64,000 nucleotides of DNA from a virus: the IMG/VR virus record IMGVR_UViG_3300020112_001619; one strand, written 5' to 3'. The notes under the pieces were generated by a model. It ran no database searches and was not told where the DNA came from. It was given only the letters and a program-made list of their open reading frames with translations. Positions 39,751 through 46,826 of the stretch are shown piece by piece (the first letter of the stretch is position 1; each line of letters opens with the position of its first letter). The translations under genes and the position numbers were made by a program.

Positions 39751-40124
39751 GGGCTTGCAAAGGTTTCGACTGGGTATTATAAGTATCTCAAGCATGTAGA
39801 GGATGATGGACACCTCTTAAATCCGACATCAAAGAATAATCGCTAACGATTATGAAGAGCTCTGCGCAGCCTAGTAGCGCCAGCTAGTGTAAACTAGCCG
39901 TCAACTCATATGAGTATCACCGCTGTATCTCATATGGGCAATAGTAGCGGTTAAGCGATGAGTGAACTGAGATGGAACTCACCGACGAAAACTCCGGCGT
40001 CTTAGTGTGTGTATAGAAGCGTGTTGGTTTGCTAATTACAGGCACTATAAAGGGATAACCAAATAAACATGTAGAAAAAGATATGGAGATATTTAGGACA
40101 GGGGTTCGACTCCCCTCAGGTCCA
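39751..40124 (+). ncRNA. ssrA: tmRNA (SsrA), standard one-piece form; predicted tag peptide ANDYEELCAA
   Basis: 5' GGGCUUG-CAAAG-GUUUCGACUGGG matches the tmRNA 5' consensus. The 3' T-arm AGGGGTTCGACTCCCCT plus CAGGTCC pairs 7/7 with the 5' GGGCTTG (two G-U pairs). Tag reading frame is GCT AAC GAT TAT GAA GAG CTC TGC GCA GCC TAG TAG at 39842-39877, preceded by AATAATC as in the E. coli AAUAGUC resume context. Confidence 0.8.
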
Positions 40125-40216
40125 CTAGCCAAAGTAATTTGGTGAACAATTTTATAAAGTCCATAAGGTCTTTATAGATACTTATGGCATATCCCCCCCC
40201 AATAGAGACAAATATT

Positions 40217-40252
40217 GAAACTATCGTGCGTTAAAACATGATAGTTTTTTTA
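40217..40252 (+). terminator. rho-independent terminator downstream of tmRNA
   Basis: GAAACTATC-(loop)-GATAGTTT followed by TTTTTTATTT. Preceded by hairpin CCATAAG...CTTATGG and a C8 tract at 40193-40200. Confidence 0.7.
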
Positions 40253-40297
40253 TTTGCCTTCTATTAACAATTGTTTTCAAAGAAAAGGAAATGAAAA

Positions 40298-40477
40298 ATG
40301 GAAAGAAATGTTTACATCGCCAGAATTATTGGATGTCTTATTGCAATCATATTTATTGTCAGTGCAAGATTTAGAGTAGATTGTGATTTAACATCTATAA
40401 CAATCACTATTACAAATATATCATTGCTATTGATATTGCATTCAATTGGCGGATTAATGAAATACCATTCTCTTTAA
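40298..40477 (+). CDS. small membrane protein (59 aa; not in ORF track)
   Basis: AAGGA ribosome-binding site then ATG at 40298. Hydrophobic IARIIGCLIAIIFIVSA and ITITNISLLLILHSIGGL. Confidence 0.3.
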   Translation: MERNVYIARIIGCLIAIIFIVSARFRVDCDLTSITITITNISLLLILHSIGGLMKYHSL

Positions 40478-40495
40478 TTTTTTTATGTTAAAATA

Positions 40496-40524
40496 TTGAA
40501 TAATCTACAATTATGTAGTACAAT
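40496..40524 (+). promoter_or_regulatory. near-consensus sigma-70 promoter (TTGAAT-17-TACAAT) driving the tRNA-like RNA block
   Basis: TTGAAT at 40496-40501, exactly 17-nt spacer, TACAAT at 40519-40524. Next terminator is at 40898-40933. Confidence 0.6.
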
Positions 40525-40624
40525 GATTAAGCGATAAACTATTCATGTTGAGGCGGCCGGTACACTTATGTGCCAATAACAAATTGTAATAATAAAAATT
40601 ACGCCGGACGCTGACTACATTTTA

Positions 40625-40693
40625 CTCTTAAATGCTTAAAAGGTAAGCACATATTACATGATATGTAAGTCGGTTCGACTCCTACTTAAGAGT
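40625..40693 (+). tRNA. tRNA-like element (candidate anticodon CAT) with non-canonical anticodon loop
   Basis: Acceptor CTCTTAA/TTAAGAG pairs 7/7. D-arm GCTT-AAAAGGT-AAGC. T-arm GTCGG-TTCGACT-CCTAC. Anticodon helix ACATAT/ATATGT has only a 6-nt loop TACATG and a 2-3-nt variable region, so function as a tRNA is uncertain. Confidence 0.35.
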
Positions 40694-40810
40694 TTCGAGT
40701 TTGATAAATTAAAAATTGCAAATTGCTCCCCCTTTTACTTTTTATGATTTATTAAATTCGACACACGATTATACCCAGGTCGTGGATTAAATTTTTCAGT
40801 TACTAAAAAG

Positions 40811-40871
40811 GCCGGGTGGTGCTTGTGGGGTGCATACCCACATGAGAGGGGTTCGACTCCCCTAACCCGAA
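40811..40871 (+). ncRNA. D-armless tRNA-like or tmRNA-3'-like element carrying the identical T-arm of the tmRNA
   Basis: AGGGGTTCGACTCCCCT is identical to the tmRNA T-arm. Hairpin TGTGGG-GTGCATA-CCCACA has an anticodon-loop-like GCA. There is only a 5-bp acceptor-like helix CGGGT/ACCCG and no D-arm. Confidence 0.3.
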
Positions 40872-40897
40872 AGGGTGGATATTTTTGATTGAAAAAA

Positions 40898-40933
40898 GGT
40901 GATATGTAGTTACTACATATGTACCTTTTTTTT
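40898..40933 (+). terminator. strong rho-independent terminator
   Basis: GGTGATATGTAG-TTA-CTACATATGTACC followed by TTTTTTTT. Confidence 0.75.
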
Positions 40934-40972
40934 AGCATATAAAGCATTTTTCAAGAAAGGATAATGTCATAA

Positions 40973-43024
40973 ATGGATCCAAATACTAATCATGACGATG
41001 AACTATTAGCATCGTTAACAAAAAGAATTTATCATTTAGAACAGGAAGTTATCAAACTAGGTGGATCACCATATGTTGAAACTGTTGAAAAACCAAAACC
41101 AGAAATAAACAATACTGTTCAAATGCAAAATACACCATATGTTCCAAAACCTGAACCTGTATTAGAAAATATGGTATATGCACAACCAAAACCACAAAAT
41201 ATAACAACACCTAAAACTTCTGTTAAAAAGAATCAGAATATTGAAAATAAAATTGGTAAAAATCTGATGGCAATTATGGCATCAGTTCTTATATTCATAA
41301 GCTTAATACTATTTGGTAGCATCGCATTTATGTATCTATCAAACTTTGCAAAAGCAGGAATTATGTATTTAATCAGTATAGCAATCGCTATATTTGGTAT
41401 TAAAAAGTCACCAAAACGAAATGCTTTACCTGATAAGCAATATAAATACAAAACATTCTATACGTCATTGGCTGCATGCGGTATTGGTGCAACTTATATA
41501 TCAAGTTTAATATCATATTTCATATTTAATATATTTAACTTACCATTATTTATTATTGCAATTATAGCCTGGCTTGTTGCAACAATGATACTTGCTTATA
41601 ATTATTCAAATATTTTTGTATATATTTGCAATATCGGTTTGATCATAGCCACATTATTAATAACTTTCCAATTTGGAAACAGCTTATTCGGATTCATTAT
41701 TTATACAATATGTTTAGTTGCATTGTATATTATAAGACATAGCGATAATTTCAACAAAGATTGTTTTTATTTCATGCAATATCCAATCATGTTCATAATT
41801 TTAACAGCAATCTCTAATGGCTTTATATCATATATCATAATTGCATTTATCACTATTGGTGTATTTATTGCAGCCAATATAATCTATGATATGCAGCCTA
41901 AACACATAACAACAAATATATTAACATTAATACTGAACACTTTTGCAATTATATATTTTGTATCATCTAAAAACACAAAAGTATTTGATACAAAAGAACT
42001 ATTCATATACATTAGTATTATTATGGCAATCACCATAAGTATTGTGTACTATATGAGATATAAAAATAAAATCAAAGCATTACAGTATACAGCTTACGTA
42101 ATTATGTTAGTAATCTCATTAGCCACATTCGCTTCAACAACTGTTTATGATTATGTTGGATTCTTTCCATTTGCAATCCTTATGTTCTTAGGATTCATAA
42201 CAAAAGATGTATATTTAAGAATTGGTGGATATGCTTCATTATTCTTAACATTAAATGCCAGCATATTAAACGAAAACGAATATGCCTTCTATATGGTATG
42301 TATTATGTTTTTAATAGCAGCATATGTACTATCAGTTATCACTAATTACACTTGTGCAGATAAATATGCAATAACAGGGATATTCTTAATTGCAACACTA
42401 TCATTCTTAAATGAAATTGATTGTTCATATATTATAACATTTAGTATATTTGCAATAATTTCAATGATTATGAATACCAAATGGTATCATATGAATTACG
42501 AAACACATAAAGAAGAAATAGCATCAAAAATTATTGGATATGTGTTAAATAGTATATTAATGTTAACAGGTCTTATTGGCATAATTGCTGAAGGATTAAC
42601 ACCATCAATTATCGAACTTTCTATTGTAACGTTGATAACTGTTGTATTATACTGTATTAATACAAAAAGATTATTCAATCTTACATTACCTGAAATGCTC
42701 ATAGGTATATACATATGTTTAAAATTTACGATCCTAATATTAGCAATCTTAATAAGATTTGAAGCAGCATCATTTGTAATTTCAATTGTAGGAATATTAA
42801 TAGCGATTGTATGTATCATATTAGGTTTCAAAGTGAAACATAAATCATTTCGATTATACGGCCTCATTGTATCATTAATATCAGTGGCAAAACTGATGTT
42901 ATTTGATATTCAATATAGTTCAACATTACTTAGACCTGTTGGATTTTTCATTGCTGGAATTCTATGTTTCGCTATCAGTTTTACATATTCAAAACTAGAA
43001 AAGCAATCGAATAAAGGAGACTAA
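40973..43024 (+). CDS. large polytopic membrane protein (about 20 TM helices; DUF2339-like architecture)
   Basis: About 110-aa soluble N-terminus with coiled-coil-like segment, then continuous hydrophobic helices along 570 aa. Confidence 0.5.
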   Translation: MDPNTNHDDELLASLTKRIYHLEQEVIKLGGSPYVETVEKPKPEINNTVQMQNTPYVPKPEPVLENMVYAQPKPQNITTPKTSVKKNQNIENKIGKNLMAIMASVLIFISLILFGSIAFMYLSNFAKAGIMYLISIAIAIFGIKKSPKRNALPDKQYKYKTFYTSLAACGIGATYISSLISYFIFNIFNLPLFIIAIIAWLVATMILAYNYSNIFVYICNIGLIIATLLITFQFGNSLFGFIIYTICLVALYIIRHSDNFNKDCFYFMQYPIMFIILTAISNGFISYIIIAFITIGVFIAANIIYDMQPKHITTNILTLILNTFAIIYFVSSKNTKVFDTKELFIYISIIMAITISIVYYMRYKNKIKALQYTAYVIMLVISLATFASTTVYDYVGFFPFAILMFLGFITKDVYLRIGGYASLFLTLNASILNENEYAFYMVCIMFLIAAYVLSVITNYTCADKYAITGIFLIATLSFLNEIDCSYIITFSIFAIISMIMNTKWYHMNYETHKEEIASKIIGYVLNSILMLTGLIGIIAEGLTPSIIELSIVTLITVVLYCINTKRLFNLTLPEMLIGIYICLKFTILILAILIRFEAASFVISIVGILIAIVCIILGFKVKHKSFRLYGLIVSLISVAKLMLFDIQYSSTLLRPVGFFIAGILCFAISFTYSKLEKQSNKGD

Positions 43025-43033
43025 TAATCAACT

Positions 43034-43597
43034 ATGGGACAAAAACAACATCATAAATATAAGATAAAAATTCCACATATAAATACAAAAATCAAAGTGA
43101 AAAAATCATCAATGATGATATTTTCATATGTATCACACACAATTGTTAACTTTTTTGCAAATTATGGATATTTGATATTAAGTGTTGCAATAGCATACAT
43201 CATTTTTAAATATTCAAATCAACCAGCAACTGAATCAGCAAATGCGAGTCATAAAGCATACGCAATATTATCTCAGTTACCTTTAGCGAAAGCAATATTT
43301 AATGTGATACCGATAAGAAAATGTGCTCATATGTTTTTGTATTGTATATTAAGTCTAACAGTATTTATGCATTTTAGATTCAAATCTGAAATACCTCATA
43401 TATGGGCTTTACTATCTTGCTTTATATATGCTTGCACTGATGAATTTCATCAATTATTTGTACCTGGTCGAGGAGCAGTAATATCCGACATAGGCTTTGA
43501 CTGTATAGAAGCCTTCATCGGAATCATAACAACATCAATCACATTGCGTTTAATCTATAAATATTTAGAACGTCATGATGATTATATAAATTATTAG
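43034..43597 (+). CDS. VanZ-like membrane protein
   Basis: Four TM helices with ACTDEFHQLFVPGRGAVISDIGFDCIEAFIG resembling the VanZ-family ExxQxFxPGR...D...N/D..G motif. Confidence 0.45.
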   Translation: MGQKQHHKYKIKIPHINTKIKVKKSSMMIFSYVSHTIVNFFANYGYLILSVAIAYIIFKYSNQPATESANASHKAYAILSQLPLAKAIFNVIPIRKCAHMFLYCILSLTVFMHFRFKSEIPHIWALLSCFIYACTDEFHQLFVPGRGAVISDIGFDCIEAFIGIITTSITLRLIYKYLERHDDYINY

Positions 43598-43620
43598 ATA
43601 TAAAAGGAGATTTATTTTAA

Positions 43621-43878
43621 ATGGTAATATTAGACGATAAGCAAAACGCAGGTAACGTTACACTTATATGTAAATGTTCATTCTGTGGAGAAACAGGTGT
43701 ATACTACATGAATGAAGATGAATCAAAAACATTAATGAAATACAGAGTGGAACAACCTGTAACACCTCTGTCAGAACTATTCCCTAAAGTACCAGCTTGG
43801 ATCAGAGCTGGCGCAATTGATACATTGACAAAAGGAAAATGTCAATGTCCAAAATGTATTAATAAGGCAGGATTATAG
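43621..43878 (+). CDS. hypothetical Cys-cluster protein
   Basis: CKCSFCGE...CQCPKC. Confidence 0.4.
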   Translation: MVILDDKQNAGNVTLICKCSFCGETGVYYMNEDESKTLMKYRVEQPVTPLSELFPKVPAWIRAGAIDTLTKGKCQCPKCINKAGL

Positions 43879-43882
43879 AATT

Positions 43883-44227
43883 ATGGAATTTAAAATAACA
43901 AAAAACACAATAGACAATGTAAATACATTTTATAAAGTCTTAGAATTTACAAATGATCATTATATTATAAGGTTCGCAAATTTTGGGCCACCTGAAGATG
44001 AATTACATGATTTATCAAAATATTCATTAGAATGTACTGAGGTCATGCCGTTCACATACCCTAAAATTGTTGGAAGATATCCTAATATATTCATAAGTTT
44101 TGAAGATATTAAACCTTTACAGATATCTAGAGTTGATAGTATAATTAATGGTATAAAGATTGCTAAAAAATCAGTCATCGAATTAAAAAAAGCAATTAAG
44201 ATGTGGGAGGAACAAAATAATGCTTGA
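43883..44227 (+). CDS. hypothetical protein
   Basis: ORF in the coding strand. Confidence 0.4.
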   Translation: MEFKITKNTIDNVNTFYKVLEFTNDHYIIRFANFGPPEDELHDLSKYSLECTEVMPFTYPKIVGRYPNIFISFEDIKPLQISRVDSIINGIKIAKKSVIELKKAIKMWEEQNNA

Positions 44228-44801
44228 TATGTTAAAAAACAGTGAAAAAAAAGAACAACATTGCGATATTATTAAAAAAGAAATGGAAATAATCGCAAGA
44301 ATCCAGGAAGGTAATTTTGATCTATTTGACGGTGATAAAGAGGAAGTAATTAAAACTATCGGATCTCAAATGAATTATTTTCCAAAATATGTAAATGCTG
44401 TTATCGACCAGCAAATTCAAACACCTATTATATATGCTACTAAAGAAGGACAAGATCTCAGAGATGCTATTCAAGACTTAGATTCATACAGAAGATCTGT
44501 GCATGAAGCTGCTATTGGTGCATGTAATATTCTCAATCGTATATGTGACAGGTTAGGATTAGAACCATTCACAACAATTGATACAACTGACAGATATGCT
44601 GTTGCTGATTTTGCAGGTAAATTCACAAGCCAAGTATTTGCAGATGGTACTGCTACAACAATGGATGAAGCAGCATACAATGAACCAGCTCCATATCAAG
44701 GGAATGCTTACGATCACTTAAAGCAATTGGAAGAACGTATGAATAAAAAAGAAGCAGAAACAGCAACACCAGAAACAAATGCACCTGACGTAGCAGATTA
44801 A
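44220..44801 (+). CDS. hypothetical protein
   Basis: GGGAGG ribosome-binding site. Overlaps the upstream stop. Confidence 0.45.
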   Translation: MLDMLKNSEKKEQHCDIIKKEMEIIARIQEGNFDLFDGDKEEVIKTIGSQMNYFPKYVNAVIDQQIQTPIIYATKEGQDLRDAIQDLDSYRRSVHEAAIGACNILNRICDRLGLEPFTTIDTTDRYAVADFAGKFTSQVFADGTATTMDEAAYNEPAPYQGNAYDHLKQLEERMNKKEAETATPETNAPDVAD

Positions 44802-44888
44802 AAAATATTGAATCATTTTACAAAGAGCTTATTTTGATAACAAAATAGGCTCTTTATCTATGTGAAAAAATATAGGAGGTATATACAA

Positions 44889-45533
44889 ATGGCCGATTAT
44901 TATGCCGTTGCAATTGGACGAACACCAGGTATTTACAATACTTGGGCTGATTGTGAAGCCCAAACTAAAGGGTTCAAAAATGCAAAATTTAAAAAATTCA
45001 AAAGTTATGATGAAGCTGCCACATTCGTAGGAATACTTGAAAATGAACCTATTGAAAATAAAACAACGGAAACTGTGCATCAAGTAAATAGTGCAACTGA
45101 TGTAAATCTACAGTATCCATACGCTTTTGTTGATGGATCATTTAACTCAACAACAAATACTTTCGGTTATGGCGGTTTCTTAGTTGTAGATGAAACATCT
45201 GAACCAATTATTATTCAGGGTAACGGTGAAGATCCTGAACTTGCATCCATGAGAAATGTAGCTGGCGAAATTTATGGTTCACAAGCTGCTATTAAGAAAG
45301 CTCTTGAATTAGGATTAACTTCATTGCATATTTACTACGATTATATGGGAATTGAGCATTGGGCTGCTGGTACATGGAAACGAAACAAAAGTGGCACAAT
45401 TGCTTACTATGATTATATTCAGAGTATTAAATACAAAATCAAATTATATTTTGTTAAAGTTGCTGCTCATACAGGAATCCCTGGCAATGAAGAAGCTGAC
45501 AGACTCGCTAAACAATCTGTTGGTATTGAATAA
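44889..45533 (+). CDS. rnhA: ribonuclease H1 with N-terminal hybrid-binding domain
   Basis: N-terminal hybrid-binding domain (YYAVAIGRTPGIYNTWADCEAQTKGFKNAKFKKFKSYDEA). Catalytic FVDGSF, E..AA..AL and C-terminal AAHTGIPGNEEADRLAK. ATG at 44889 after AGGAGG. Confidence 0.8.
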   Translation: MADYYAVAIGRTPGIYNTWADCEAQTKGFKNAKFKKFKSYDEAATFVGILENEPIENKTTETVHQVNSATDVNLQYPYAFVDGSFNSTTNTFGYGGFLVVDETSEPIIIQGNGEDPELASMRNVAGEIYGSQAAIKKALELGLTSLHIYYDYMGIEHWAAGTWKRNKSGTIAYYDYIQSIKYKIKLYFVKVAAHTGIPGNEEADRLAKQSVGIE

Positions 45534-45619
45534 AAATAAAATATTAAGAAGAACTAATATGCTGGCAAATTAAAATAAAAAATTTGTCAGCATAATTTAT
45601 ATTATAGGAGGTCAAGTAA

Positions 45620-45997
45620 ATGAAAATTGAAAATGGTATTAAGAAACTTGAACGTGGTGATAAGATTAAAGTACAGAGTATATTAGCAGAAATCGCAACA
45701 TGTCATTATCAGGATTATGATCCAAATAATGATACATTTATTGCAGAATTTTATGACACTAATGGTAATATTAGAAACTGGCATCAAACTTCGGACGGTG
45801 GTGTTGTAATCCCTCGTCCTGAATCAAAAGAAATTTGGGTAGGATTTGAAAAACAGCATGCTGACGATGATGACAGTATTTACAATTTTGATGCTATGAA
45901 AACATTCGATACTGAAAGAGAAGCTATGGACTGGCGAGATAAAAATATTGAGTATCGTGTTTATAAATATTGCGGCTCCGTAAATTTAACAAACTAA
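45620..45997 (+). CDS. hypothetical protein
   Basis: ORF with GGAGGT ribosome-binding site. Confidence 0.4.
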   Translation: MKIENGIKKLERGDKIKVQSILAEIATCHYQDYDPNNDTFIAEFYDTNGNIRNWHQTSDGGVVIPRPESKEIWVGFEKQHADDDDSIYNFDAMKTFDTEREAMDWRDKNIEYRVYKYCGSVNLTN

Positions 45998-46335
45998 TGA
46001 TTGAAAGCACATTAGAAGCATACCTGATTAAAAAATGTAAAGATAATAACATCTTCATATGTAAAAATACAGGTATGAACGGAATGCCTGATCGATTAAT
46101 TCTCAAAAATGGTAAACATTTCTTCATTGAATTGAAAAAACCAGGTGATAAACCAAGAGAATTACAAACAGAAATTATAAAACGCATGGAGAATAAAGGA
46201 GCAATTGTCCATGTGATCGATTCAAAAGAAGGAATTGATGATATCATTGAAGAAATTAATAGAAAGGATAAACGTAAAAAATATGGATATCGTTCAAAAT
46301 TTGATATCAGGGCCAAAGAAGACAATATTCTTTGA
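45997..46335 (+). CDS. VRR-NUC domain nuclease (PD-(D/E)xK)
   Basis: GMPDRLIL...FFIELKKPGDKPRELQTEII...GAIVHVI matches the VRR-NUC GxPD...E.K...Q pattern. ATG overlaps the upstream TAA (TAATG). Confidence 0.55.
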   Translation: MIESTLEAYLIKKCKDNNIFICKNTGMNGMPDRLILKNGKHFFIELKKPGDKPRELQTEIIKRMENKGAIVHVIDSKEGIDDIIEEINRKDKRKKYGYRSKFDIRAKEDNIL

Positions 46336-46804
46336 TCAAGACGGAGTAGTCGCAATTTATGAAAGATGGGCGTATTTACCAGATAAAGCAGGTGTAATGC
46401 CTTTCTTAAAAGAAAGAAATCATTATTTCAGACACTGTGGCATTGACGATTATGCATGTGCATTAGTTAGAGCATGTATTGCTGCAGGTCATGATGTATA
46501 TATTCTTACAAAAATACCACCAGAAACACCATTTTTAGCTGTTGATAAAGTAGATTGGCTTAGAGATAATCTTCCAGAAATTAATGAAGATCATATCATC
46601 ATTGCCACATCTGATAAAGCTGAACTTATAAAAGTTATCACAGAAGTATCATGTCTAAATGAAAATATGATTCTTATTGATGATTATAATCCAAATCTCG
46701 AAGATTGGATTGCTGCAGGTGGTAAAGCAATCAAATACATCAATGGATTAAATAATCCAGACACATTTGATGGTGATAAAATATATCGCCAAATAAAAAA
46801 GTAA
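46283..46804 (+). CDS. HAD-family 5'(3')-deoxyribonucleotidase-like hydrolase
   Basis: HAD motif I FFDQDGVV, later LIDDYNPNLEDW. Start chosen at the ATG before motif I. Overlaps the VRR-NUC gene by about 50 nt. Confidence 0.5.
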   Translation: MDIVQNLISGPKKTIFFDQDGVVAIYERWAYLPDKAGVMPFLKERNHYFRHCGIDDYACALVRACIAAGHDVYILTKIPPETPFLAVDKVDWLRDNLPEINEDHIIIATSDKAELIKVITEVSCLNENMILIDDYNPNLEDWIAAGGKAIKYINGLNNPDTFDGDKIYRQIKK

Positions 46805-46826
46805 TTGAAAGAGAGTAACACACGAT

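Noticed and set aside
39917-40132. Minus-strand ORFs of 71 aa and 70 aa overlapping the tmRNA and tRNA-like region (39917-40132 and 40735-40947)
   Set aside because: They overlap well-supported structured RNA elements and have no ribosome-binding site.
40193-40200. C8 homopolymer as a phase-variation or slip-strand site
   Set aside because: It is intergenic, between the tmRNA and its terminator, so there is no reading frame to switch. It is noted only as a possible sequencing-error hotspot.
40531-40935. Second, permuted (two-piece) tmRNA in the promoter-terminator RNA unit
   Set aside because: Two T-arm-like elements are present, but no tag reading frame and no acceptor pairing between the distal ends could be found by eye. 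It is kept as tRNA-like elements only.
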